From contig CAVZHZ010000010.1 in the NCBI GenBank assembly GCA_963775145.1, forward strand, positions 450,321 through 514,320: a stretch of 64,000 nucleotides of DNA. The letters are read 5' to 3'. Positions 1 to 9,397 of the stretch are shown here, one piece after another. The notes under the pieces are model-generated. The model saw only the letters and a program-made list of their open reading frames with translations, had not been told where the DNA came from and did not search any database. How positions within the stretch are numbered: the stretch's first letter is position 1; the number at the start of each line of letters is the position of its first letter. Position numbers and translations under genes: made by a program. The DNA is from an uncultured Chitinophagaceae bacterium (GTDB taxonomy: Bacteria; Bacteroidota; Bacteroidia; Chitinophagales; Chitinophagaceae).

Positions 1-1
1 C

Positions 2-217
2 GCAGGGGTATTTGAAGGGAACAGCCTGGTAATAGATACAGCCTATAAAGGCGAAAAGATCACAGTAAAGGTGATCCTTAAAAGCAATCCGGCAATATGG
101 AAAGAAACGGTAATCTTTCTCAAGAAATACAATGTGCCTGAACGTTTAAAAACAGTAGAAGAAATTATGAAACAACCACCCCGAAAGAGCAAGAGTAATC
201 AAAAAAACACCGGGTAA
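2..217 (+). CDS. 3' end of a hypothetical protein (runs off the left edge)
   Basis: Frame from position 2 is open (AGVFEGNSLVIDTAYKGEKITVKVILK...KNTG) to TAA at 215-217. Confidence 0.7.
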   Translation, partial: AGVFEGNSLVIDTAYKGEKITVKVILKSNPAIWKETVIFLKKYNVPERLKTVEEIMKQPPRKSKSNQKNTG

Positions 218-368
218 CTATAGGGGTTCATTCTTCTTTTCCAATAGAAGTTTATTAGCCTGAAATCATATTCCTTTAATTTTCCCTATTCTTATTATTC
301 TTACCTCATAAAAAGGGTCAATTACTCCCAATCATTACATTTCACTTGTTGGCGCTCATTCAAGTACC

Positions 369-464
369 ACATTCGTACTCATTGGCATCCCACCATTCGT
401 GTTCATTGGCATCCCACCATTCGTGTTCATTCGCGTTCCAACATTCGTGTTAATTAGCGACCAA
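369..464. repeat. Imperfect 24-bp tandem repeat, about 4 units (consensus cCATTCGTGTTCATTGGCATCCCA)
   Basis: Units start at 369, 393, 417 and 441, between two convergent stop codons. Confidence 0.8.
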
Positions 465-467
465 TCA

Positions 468-1116
468 TTAGCGTTTAGCATCCTCTAAGAATTTCGCTAA
501 TCCAATATCCGTAAGTGGGTGTTTTAACAATCCAAGGATTGAATCAAGCGGGCAAGTGCATACATCAGCGCCGGCTTCAGCGCATTTAACAATATGCAGC
601 GCGTTGCGGATGGAAGCAGCGAGTATCTGGGTATCAAAATCCTGCAATGCATAAATATGGGCAATTTGCTCAATTAACTGAACCCCATCCCAGCTACTGT
701 CGTCAATGCGACCGATAAAAGGAGAAACATAGGTAGCTCCTGCTTTTGCTGCTAGAATCGCCTGGCCAGCGGAAAACACGAGCGTACAATTGGTTTTAAT
801 TCCATTTTCCGTAAACCATTTCATAGCTTTAATACCGTCTTTAATCATCGGGACCTTTACCACGATATTCGGATGAATGGCGGCGAATTTCTTTCCTTCT
901 TCCACCATGCCGGCAAATTCTGTTGAAATAACTTCGGCACTTACATCCCCATCCACCATTTCGCAAATGGTTTCATAATGCTTCATAATGGCCGCTTCTC
1001 CTTTAATGCCTTCTTTAGCCATTAAGGAGGGATTGGTAGTTACTCCATCCAAGAATACCTAATTCATTTGCTTCTTTAATTTGTGCAAGATTGGCAGTAT
1101 CAATAAAGAATTTCAT
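468..1116 (-). CDS. fsa: Fructose-6-phosphate aldolase/transaldolase (FSA/TalC family); apparent +1 frameshift near 1053
   Basis: ATG at 1116 gives MKFFIDTANLAQIKEANELGI; one extra base (ATT C TTG GAT) shifts into LDGVTTNPSLMAKEG. VVVKVP-like Schiff-base Lys and GATYVSPFIGR motifs are present. Confidence 0.9.
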
Positions 1117-1244
1117 AAAAACAATTTGAAAAATAAAGATTAAGGTTCTCCTTTAAACAAATCAAAAGAGAGGCCCGTTTTAAAATTAATAGGCCAATTT
1201 AAAATTCATTTCAAATTGGCTTACCGATAAATTAGATAAAAAAT

Positions 1245-1343
1245 GGCAGGCTACTCACATCGCACCGCTACAACCGCCTATCCTTGCTGCCTTCCGACCC
1301 TGGGGAGGTTCGGCAGGAGCTGGTCGTGTAAGACCTGCCGGGG
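1245..1343 (-). ncRNA. ffs: Signal recognition particle RNA (small bacterial SRP, 4.5S)
   Basis: Minus strand contains CAGGGTCGGAAGGCAGCAAG (helix-8 GGAA tetraloop core) and complementary ends GGCAGG...CCTGCC. Confidence 0.9.
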
Positions 1344-1431
1344 CAAATATAAGACAAAGGGGATGCAAAATATAAAATGCGAAATATAAAATGTAAAATC
1401 TAAAGTGACCCTCATTCTAAATTTACATTCT

Positions 1432-2718
1432 TCAGCGACCAAGACCTTGCCTGCCTGTCAACGAGTTAACCCGGGTATATCCCACCAGTTCGTCCGCCCG
1501 GCCCGCCAGTTGCCGATAATAAACCAATATTGTGTACTCGTTTTCTGTTTCCCAATAATTGCCTTCCGTAAAATCAAATACGGCGGTCTTTTTTCTGGCG
1601 GTCTTATCAATTGTAACATAGCAATAATCATAATATCCTTGTTTTAAAAACAAGGAAGTTTCATACACCCCTTTCTCGTTATTAAACTGCATTTTTGCCT
1701 CTTCATTCAGGTTATAATTGGTTAATTGTCCGAGCAGGTAAACATCTTTCCCTATCAGGATATTATTATTGGGGGGTACAAAACTGAAATTAACTGTTGC
1801 ATAATCTGCCTGCCAGAAAGGATTAATACTTTCAATACACTCTATACTATACATACCATTATTATCCCGGAAAAAATTAAACCGCTGCACAGACCGATCC
1901 ATATCAGGCTTCACAAAAATTTCAGTGGCTGCAGTTGAATACTTTGCATTGGCCACCCGATCGCTTTGCAGGCGAAAGCTTCTCAAATCAAGCCAGCGCC
2001 ATTCTTTACCTGCCGGAAAGATGCAATCATTTTCCGCGTTAAACTCGACCTGGTTTCGGGAGAAAAAACTTGGCCTGAGGTCGGTGATCGCGTTATCCCA
2101 CCGGTTATTCTGCAGAATCACTACTTTAATCTGCTGCAGGTGATTTACAACATTTAATTGTTCGTTGAGGTTTACCTTTAATTGAATTTTCTGATGTGTC
2201 CGGAAAATCTGTCCATTAAACGGTTGTTGTATCTGCGCTACCGTAACGGCTTTTTCATCTACCACCAGCATTCTTTTGCTGATAATGAGTTTAGCGGTAT
2301 CGCCGTCGCGGAAGACTTTTAATATATAATTACCGGATCGGGAAGGAACACAATTCCGATCGGGCAAGGAAGCCTGGTAATGGGTATATTTTGTATACGC
2401 GATGGAAGATATCCGATAGGTGTTCAGCCGGATTTGGGAATAACCCTTAATAAAATCAAACTGGCTCAGCATCGCAGGGGTCCAGTCTGCGTTGCATAAT
2501 TGAAACGTATAGGAATAATTTCTGACTCCGCCATCCAAGTCGTCAAAATGTAATTCGAGTTGTTCGGAGCTGTTGAGCCGGATTACGGGTAATCCCCACT
2601 GATTGCCTAATGGATAGAGCTGCGCCGACTTGATGCGGGGTGAGTATACCGCATCAGGTATCTGGGCATTTATGGATGTGCACAACAGAATAAAAATGAA
2701 AGGAACAAATATTTTCAT
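1432..2718 (-). CDS. DUF5103-family protein (T9SS plug-like), with signal peptide
   Basis: 428-aa ORF; signal peptide ending INA-Q; LELHFDDL, CNADW, LKQGYYDY and ETENEYTILVYYR motifs. Confidence 0.8.
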   Translation of the reverse strand: MKIFVPFIFILLCTSINAQIPDAVYSPRIKSAQLYPLGNQWGLPVIRLNSSEQLELHFDDLDGGVRNYSYTFQLCNADWTPAMLSQFDFIKGYSQIRLNTYRISSIAYTKYTHYQASLPDRNCVPSRSGNYILKVFRDGDTAKLIISKRMLVVDEKAVTVAQIQQPFNGQIFRTHQKIQLKVNLNEQLNVVNHLQQIKVVILQNNRWDNAITDLRPSFFSRNQVEFNAENDCIFPAGKEWRWLDLRSFRLQSDRVANAKYSTAATEIFVKPDMDRSVQRFNFFRDNNGMYSIECIESINPFWQADYATVNFSFVPPNNNILIGKDVYLLGQLTNYNLNEEAKMQFNNEKGVYETSLFLKQGYYDYCYVTIDKTARKKTAVFDFTEGNYWETENEYTILVYYRQLAGRADELVGYTRVNSLTGRQGLGR

Positions 2719-2825
2719 TCGTTAAAAATAGTTTCAATTCTTAAAAAGCGTTCACAATCTTCGTTAAAAACTAAAAAATACTTCGCGGGCTGTAAATCAG
2801 CGGTTATTTTTGATGGACCAAAATC

Positions 2826-4064
2826 ATGCCGGTGAACATTGCCCGTTTTATTGCCCGAAGATTAGCATTTAATACCCAGCGGAGTTTTTCCCGGTTTATT
2901 ATCCGGCTTTCCGTAACTGCCACTATTATCAGTGTGGCCGTGATGATTCTGACTCTTGCTTTTTCCAACGGTTTTCAACAGACCATCAGCAATAAGGTAT
3001 TTGGTTTCTTTGGCCATATACGGGTGCAGGATTATAACGCCCTCCAGGTTTCCATTGCCGAAGAAATACCTGTATTGAAAAGTGATTCGGTACTGAACCT
3101 GGTAAAGATTAATCCTTTCATAAAAACGGTGCAGGCGTATGCGACTAAAAATGCCATTTTAAAAACTTCTGAAACCATCGAAGGCGTATTATTTAAAGGA
3201 ATAGAAAAGGAGTACAATTTCACCAACCTGCAGAACTTCCTGGTAGCCGGGCGGTGGATACGTTTTGCTGACAGTGGATACAGCAGCGAGGTTAATCTTT
3301 CTGAATCAATGGCAAAACAACTCAAACTGAAAGTAAACGACCAGGTTCTTATTTTCTTCATCCAACCTAATGGGGAATCGCCCCGGCCAAGAAAATTAAC
3401 AGTGGCCGGAATTTTTAAGACCGGGATTGAAGAATACGACAAACTTTTCGCCCTGGGCGACCTGAAACTGATTCAGCGCCTCAATAACTGGAGAGAGAAC
3501 GAAGTAGGCGGATATGAAATTTTTCTCACCGATTATCATAAAATGAACGAGGTAAGCACTGATATCGTTCCTTACCTGCCTCTTGGATTAACCAGTCAAA
3601 CCATTAAAGAAATTTTTCCATCAATCTTCGATTGGCTCGGCCTTCAAAACCAGACAATTTATATAGTCCTTATCATTATGATAGTAATTGCGCTGTTAAA
3701 CCTGGTTACCTGCCTGTTGATCCTGGTGCTGGAACGTACCCGCATGGTTGGTTTACTAAAAGCCCTGGGTGCTACCAATGGCACCATTCAAAAGATATTT
3801 CTTTACCAGGGGGCCTTTATCACTTTTATGGGTTTGTTATTGGGTAATTTATTGGGGCTTTTTATAAGCTGGTTGCAATGGCGATACGGTTTTATCACTT
3901 TACCGGAAGAATCTTACTACATATCCAAAGCCGCCGTTCAGATAGTATGGTGGCAAATAGGAATGTTAAACCTGGTTACTTTTATAATATGCACAGCCGT
4001 GCTGCTTTTGCCAACCATTATTGTTAGTAAGATTCAACCGGTGAGGGCTATTCAATTCAGGTAA
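2826..4064 (+). CDS. LolC/E (FtsX-like) ABC transporter permease
   Basis: 412 aa; N-terminal TM helix, periplasmic domain, ERTRMVGLLKALGA and three C-terminal TM helices. Confidence 0.88.
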   Translation: MPVNIARFIARRLAFNTQRSFSRFIIRLSVTATIISVAVMILTLAFSNGFQQTISNKVFGFFGHIRVQDYNALQVSIAEEIPVLKSDSVLNLVKINPFIKTVQAYATKNAILKTSETIEGVLFKGIEKEYNFTNLQNFLVAGRWIRFADSGYSSEVNLSESMAKQLKLKVNDQVLIFFIQPNGESPRPRKLTVAGIFKTGIEEYDKLFALGDLKLIQRLNNWRENEVGGYEIFLTDYHKMNEVSTDIVPYLPLGLTSQTIKEIFPSIFDWLGLQNQTIYIVLIIMIVIALLNLVTCLLILVLERTRMVGLLKALGATNGTIQKIFLYQGAFITFMGLLLGNLLGLFISWLQWRYGFITLPEESYYISKAAVQIVWWQIGMLNLVTFIICTAVLLLPTIIVSKIQPVRAIQFR

Positions 4065-4800
4065 GATGAGATAAAATAATTCCAGTTGCCACCGGCGCAT
4101 TTAATGATTCTGCTTTCCCCTTCCGGGGAATAGTTATTTTATGAACGGAAGAAGTCAATAAGTCGGGGCATATTCCCTTTGATTCATTGCCAATTAAGAT
4201 AATTCCTTCTTTAATTTTTGGCATTTTGTAAATATTCGCACCGTCGAGCACGGCGGCATAAACCGGAATTTCCCTATACTTTTCCAGGAAACCAGAGAGG
4301 TTCGTATACAATACCTGCACACGGCTGATACTTCCCATGGTGGATTGAATCACTTTTGTGCTGAAGGCATCGGCACAGTCTTCGCTGCAAATAACCTGGC
4401 TAATACCAAACCAATCGGCGCAGCGAAGGATAGTTCCTAAATTCCCGGGATCCTGAATAGTATCGAGAAGAATGCTAATACAACCAATCGCGTTTACCGG
4501 ATATTTGAAAACAGGTTTTTGAAAAATACCCAAAACCGCATGAGGCGTAGAGAGTGCTGAAATACGAATCAGTTCTGAGGGGCTTATAATTGATATTTTG
4601 TTTTTATCAACCGGGTTTAACAGTTGCTCATGACTGTTGACCCACTCTTGGGTAGCAAATAATTGTTTCAATGCCACAGAAGGAGCGGCTAATAATTCGT
4701 TAATAATCTTGGGACCTTCTGCCACAAATACCCCTTCCTGTTCTCTTAATTTTTTCTGGCTTAAACTTTGAATATATTTGACCTGCGATTTAACCAGCAT
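4057..4800 (-). CDS. TrmH/SpoU family RNA methyltransferase
   Basis: IQDPGNLGTILR, LIGNESKGI and AESLNAPVATGI motifs. Confidence 0.92.
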   Translation of the reverse strand: MLVKSQVKYIQSLSQKKLREQEGVFVAEGPKIINELLAAPSVALKQLFATQEWVNSHEQLLNPVDKNKISIISPSELIRISALSTPHAVLGIFQKPVFKYPVNAIGCISILLDTIQDPGNLGTILRCADWFGISQVICSEDCADAFSTKVIQSTMGSISRVQVLYTNLSGFLEKYREIPVYAAVLDGANIYKMPKIKEGIILIGNESKGICPDLLTSSVHKITIPRKGKAESLNAPVATGIILSHLT

Positions 4801-4820
4801 CGTTGTTTGTTTTATTTTAT

Positions 4821-7163
4821 ATGTTACCCCACCGGCAAGTTAGTTTTTTTACCGTTTATCGTTTTATCCTGAGTATCGGGTTATTACTGGTATTACTTTC
4901 CGCCTGTACTACCATTCAAAAAGGGTATCCCAAGAATAGGCCATTTGTTTATAAAACGAATATCAGCATATCAGGCAGTGTGCCCGGTTCGGATAAACAG
5001 GAACTCGTAACCCGGTTACAAAATCAGTTGGATGATAGCCTTAAAACCCGGGTGATATCCTATGCCGGTGTTATTAAGAAACTGGTAAAGCCCCCTGTAT
5101 TTGATACAGCTAATATTAGCCGGTCGAAATTCTTTATGACGGCTTTAATGAATACCCAGGGATTCTTTTATCCCGTCATAAAAGATACTTTCTCGATAGA
5201 TACGGCCGGTGACAAACAAATGGTGACAATTAATTTCCGGGTGATGCCTGGTAAACTAACCCGGCTTGATTCAATAGGCTTTGACCTGCTTACCCCGGAA
5301 TTACAACAACTGGCCCTGGAAAGCAAATCGCAAACATTCTTAAAAAAAGGAGATCCCTATTCATTGCAGATAATTGGTGAAGAAAGAGAACGATTACTGC
5401 AGACTTTTCACAACAGTGGCTATTATAAAGTAAGCGGAGATGATATTTACGCTGAAATTGATACGGTAGTTTCCGCCCTTATTGACCCAAGCCTTGACCC
5501 TTTTGAACAATTTCGTTTACTTGATTCGCTCCGCAAGAAAACGGATAAGCCTACCATTAATGTTGTATTTAAACAACGGGATGCATACGATACCACTCAC
5601 CTGAAAAAATTTTATATCGGGCGGGTTAAGGTTTATCCCGACCAGTTGTATCTGCAAGATTCTACAGAGACGCGGCTAGACAGTACCACCCTGCCAAAAT
5701 ACGAGTTTACTTTTTTCTATTCCAGCAATCGGTTTAAGCTACCCTTTATTGCCCGTAATATTTTTCTATTACCCGGACAACAGTATGATGAACGAAAATA
5801 TTTCCGTACCATAAATAATTTTAATCGATTGGGGGCCTGGCAAAGTGTTGATGTAAGCCTGAAAGAGCGATATGACAGTGTTCCCTTCCTGGATGCAGAT
5901 ATTCGGTTATACCCTGCCCCAAAATTAAACCTGAAAATTGATCTGGAAGCTAGCCGGAACATTGCTGATTATCTTACTACCAGCCAGCTTTTTGGTATCG
6001 GCCTTAATTTTGCCCTCAGCAACCGGAATTTTTTCCGGGAAGCTATTCAAACTACCACGAATGCCCGATTCGGAATTGAACTAGGCTCGAATTTCATTCA
6101 AACCCTGCAAACAAATCTTTCTCATTCCATCTTTTTCCCCCGGCTAATTACTCCTTTCCGCGTAAAGAATGAAGATAGCCTGACCAACCCACGTACAGTA
6201 TTTAATATTAATGGATCGTATACTATTCGGCGAAGCATATATAGTGTAAGTTCACTGAATACTTCCTGGGGCTATGAATGGTCTACAAAAATTCATAACC
6301 AGCAATTCAACTGGCTGTTCACTTTCCCGAATATTGAATACACTGCGTTAAACGGCAAGGACAGCCTTAATAAACTGATACAACAAATACCTTCTCTCCG
6401 TTACGCATTCAACGACGGTTTCGTTATCGGTATTATCGGGGGCGTAAATACCGTTTGGAGTAAAAGGAACCGGTTCAATTATTTAAAAGTCAGGATTGAA
6501 GAAAGTGGGGCATTGTTTGGGTTGATCCGAAAGTTGGAGGACAATAATTTATTTCGTTTCATTAAGACTGATATTGAATACAAGTATTTCATCAACTATA
6601 AAAAATCAGGTTGGGCTTTTCGTGTCTTTGGAGGTTATGGCTATGTATATGGCCGCAAAGATGGACAACCGGAAAGTAAATTGCCTTTCTTTAAAGCCTA
6701 TTTTGCCGGTGGGCCTTACAGCATGAGGGCCTGGCAGGTTCGCCGATTAGGTCCGGGTTCTTCGATTCTGTATGATACGGCAGGGAATCGCGCAAACGAC
6801 CGGTTTGGAAATATGCAATTGGAAGGAAACGTGGAATATCGTTTTAATCTTACTACCATCGCGGGTATAAAGCTTAAGAGTGCTGTATTCCTTGATATCG
6901 GAAATATATGGGGTGTTGAGTTTGCTGATTCGGCTGCCAAGGTGAAAATTCCGGAAGCAAGTTTTAGTTTTAACAGGATTGGAAAAGATATTGCTATCGG
7001 GGGCGGTGTCAGTTTGCGTTTTGATTTTGATTTTTTCCTGATCCGTTTGGATTGGGCTTATAAATTAAAGAATCCCAGTTTAGCAACTATTAATAATGGC
7101 TGGTTCAGAGACCTGCGGTTATTCAATGGCCAATTCCAATTAGGGATTGGTTATCCATTCTGA
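4821..7163 (+). CDS. Omp85/BamA-TamA family outer-membrane lipoprotein (TamL-like)
   Basis: Lipobox LLSAC, POTRA-like region, YFAGGPYSMRAW, IRLDWAYKL and C-terminal GIGYPF; start could be 4803 (TTG) or 4821 (ATG). Confidence 0.85.
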   Translation: MLPHRQVSFFTVYRFILSIGLLLVLLSACTTIQKGYPKNRPFVYKTNISISGSVPGSDKQELVTRLQNQLDDSLKTRVISYAGVIKKLVKPPVFDTANISRSKFFMTALMNTQGFFYPVIKDTFSIDTAGDKQMVTINFRVMPGKLTRLDSIGFDLLTPELQQLALESKSQTFLKKGDPYSLQIIGEERERLLQTFHNSGYYKVSGDDIYAEIDTVVSALIDPSLDPFEQFRLLDSLRKKTDKPTINVVFKQRDAYDTTHLKKFYIGRVKVYPDQLYLQDSTETRLDSTTLPKYEFTFFYSSNRFKLPFIARNIFLLPGQQYDERKYFRTINNFNRLGAWQSVDVSLKERYDSVPFLDADIRLYPAPKLNLKIDLEASRNIADYLTTSQLFGIGLNFALSNRNFFREAIQTTTNARFGIELGSNFIQTLQTNLSHSIFFPRLITPFRVKNEDSLTNPRTVFNINGSYTIRRSIYSVSSLNTSWGYEWSTKIHNQQFNWLFTFPNIEYTALNGKDSLNKLIQQIPSLRYAFNDGFVIGIIGGVNTVWSKRNRFNYLKVRIEESGALFGLIRKLEDNNLFRFIKTDIEYKYFINYKKSGWAFRVFGGYGYVYGRKDGQPESKLPFFKAYFAGGPYSMRAWQVRRLGPGSSILYDTAGNRANDRFGNMQLEGNVEYRFNLTTIAGIKLKSAVFLDIGNIWGVEFADSAAKVKIPEASFSFNRIGKDIAIGGGVSLRFDFDFFLIRLDWAYKLKNPSLATINNGWFRDLRLFNGQFQLGIGYPF

Positions 7164-7843
7164 GAATGTTGAGCCAGGCTTTCTTCTATTGATTCCATGG
7201 TCAACGATTGGTCCAGTGAAAAAGATCCAATGCGGGTGCGGCACAAACTGCTTAAGTGCCCGCCACATCCTAATTCCTTCCCGAAATCAAAAGCGAGGCT
7301 TCGAATGTAGGTTCCGGTACTGCAAACCACGCGAAAATGCACCACGGGCATCGAAACGGAAACTATTTCAAATTCCTTTATAATTACCCGCCGTGGTTCT
7401 AACACCACATCAATTCCTTTACGCGCCCGATCGTACATTCTTATTCCATCTTTTTTAATAGCTGAATGAGCAGGTGGAACCTGCATTATTTCCCCGGTAA
7501 AGTTCTTTGTTGCCTCCAGGATCTGTTGTACAGTAATATGGCTGTATTCCTTATTATCCTGCGGTTTGCTTTCTAAATCATAGGTAGGGGTAACAGACCC
7601 CAGGGTGATTGTTCCAGTGTACTCTTTTTCCTGTGCCATAAACTCGTTGATCCGCTTTGTGAATTTACCGGTACACAATATTAACAGACCAGTAGCCAGC
7701 GGATCGAGTGTTCCGGCATGTCCAACTTTTTTGATCTTAACCATGTTCCGAATGGTACGAACCACTTCAAAAGAAGTCCAGCCCAACGGTTTATTGATGA
7801 GGAGTACCTGGCCCTGTTCGAAACTATTACGTGAGTATTCCAA
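7151..7843 (-). CDS. truB: tRNA pseudouridine(55) synthase
   Basis: KVGHAGTLDPLATGLL and CSTGTYIRSLA motifs. Confidence 0.97.
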   Translation of the reverse strand: MEYSRNSFEQGQVLLINKPLGWTSFEVVRTIRNMVKIKKVGHAGTLDPLATGLLILCTGKFTKRINEFMAQEKEYTGTITLGSVTPTYDLESKPQDNKEYSHITVQQILEATKNFTGEIMQVPPAHSAIKKDGIRMYDRARKGIDVVLEPRRVIIKEFEIVSVSMPVVHFRVVCSTGTYIRSLAFDFGKELGCGGHLSSLCRTRIGSFSLDQSLTMESIEESLAQHSQNG

Positions 7844-7878
7844 TTATTCGGTTTGATACAAATGTACTTAATGTGGCG

Positions 7879-8010
7879 GATGTGCGAATTTGCAAATGTG
7901 AAAACCTGACTGCAGACAGGCAGGTGTGCGAATTTACTGAATTCATGTCAACCGTTGTTTAAACAGGAAGAAAAGAATTCGCACATTCGCCATCACAAAA
8001 TTCGCACATC
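7879..8010. repeat. Intergenic element bounded by a perfect 13-bp inverted repeat, with internal periodic repeats
   Basis: GATGTGCGAATTT (7879-7891) / AAATTCGCACATC (7998-8010), extra copies near 7925 and 7977; contains CCTGACTGCAGACAGGCAGG at 7905-7924. Confidence 0.75.
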
Positions 8011-9352
8011 ATATTGCCTGCCTCGCTTTCAACTCCAAATATTTATTCACGGTATCTACTGTTAAGTTTTGCGGGGCTGTTAAAATGGTGAAGATACCAT
8101 GTTGCTGCAGTTCTTTTACAATCAGCCTTTTTTCGTACACAAATTTCTCGGCAATCGTTTTGGTATAAAGTGTTTCGATAGTATCGGCCGGTGATTCGGT
8201 TAACTTGCGTAATTCCGTATTTTCAAAAAACACAACCAGCACCAGGTGATTTCGGGCAATACCGCGGATATAGGGTAACTGGCGCTGCAAACCCGACATC
8301 GATTCGAAATTGGTGAATAATACCACCAGGCTGCGCTGGGTAATCCTGGTTCTAATTAAGGCAAACAACTTTTCATAATCGCTTTCCATAAATTTCGTGT
8401 GCTGGTTATAGAGGGTTTCCAGTATCCCCGCCATTTGGACCGCCTTTCTATCAGCCGGCAAAAAATTTCCGACGTTTTCGTCGAAAGTAATAAGCCCGGC
8501 TTTATCCTGTTTGATCAATGCCACCCGTAATAAAATGAGCGTAGCATTAATTGCATAATCCAACAACGACATTCCTTCAAAGGGCATTTTCATTACCCGG
8601 CCCTTATCGATAATACAATAGATTTGCTGGCTTCGCTCATCCGTAAAATTATTAACCATCAATTGCCCTTTGCGGGCTGTGGCCTTCCAGTTGATGCTTC
8701 GAATATCATCTCCCGTAACATACTCCTTTATCTGCTCAAACTCCAGGCTATGACCGATTTTGCGGATTTTTTTATTCCCGGCCTCCGTCAGGTTGCTGGA
8801 GTGCGCTTTCAATTCAAACTGACGCAAAGAAAAATAAGAAGGCAATACTTTAACTACCTGCCGGGTGTCTTTAGTAATACGGCGAATAATTAGTTGCAAA
8901 GGACTCTTAGCAAAAAGCCTGATGGCATTGAATTGATATTCCCCGCGTTCTACGGGCCGCAATACATAGTGTATTGACTTCCGCTGCCGGCTGTCAACCA
9001 CTGCTTGTAATAAAAAATTTCTTGCCTGGAACTGGTCCGGTACTTCATCAATTACAGAGGCCCGGATTCGAAAAGGATAGTTATTCATTATCTGAATCTC
9101 CACCTTGTTATCATCTCCGTTACTGAACCGATCGCTGGTGATTCGTTGCAGGCTCACCGGGTTGGCAGGCAGAAACAGACTTCCATAATCCAACATTACC
9201 AGTATCACAAATAACAATAAAACAAATTTAGACAATAGGAAAAGGAAAGAAAAACTAAAGGAAAGAAGGAATAGTAAAGCAATTCCCGCCAGCACCCAAT
9301 AAAAGCGTTTGCTGAAAAAAAGAGGACTGAAATATCGGTAATAGAATTTCAT
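8009..9352 (-). CDS. DUF58 domain protein (vWA-like MoxR partner)
   Basis: EFEQIKEYVTGDDIRSINWKATAR and IIDKGRVM motifs. Confidence 0.9.
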   Translation of the reverse strand: MKFYYRYFSPLFFSKRFYWVLAGIALLFLLSFSFSFLFLLSKFVLLLFVILVMLDYGSLFLPANPVSLQRITSDRFSNGDDNKVEIQIMNNYPFRIRASVIDEVPDQFQARNFLLQAVVDSRQRKSIHYVLRPVERGEYQFNAIRLFAKSPLQLIIRRITKDTRQVVKVLPSYFSLRQFELKAHSSNLTEAGNKKIRKIGHSLEFEQIKEYVTGDDIRSINWKATARKGQLMVNNFTDERSQQIYCIIDKGRVMKMPFEGMSLLDYAINATLILLRVALIKQDKAGLITFDENVGNFLPADRKAVQMAGILETLYNQHTKFMESDYEKLFALIRTRITQRSLVVLFTNFESMSGLQRQLPYIRGIARNHLVLVVFFENTELRKLTESPADTIETLYTKTIAEKFVYEKRLIVKELQQHGIFTILTAPQNLTVDTVNKYLELKARQAI

Positions 9353-9397
9353 TTTATAATGTCTATTCGAACGGGCAGCAAACCGTTTCTTTTTGAA

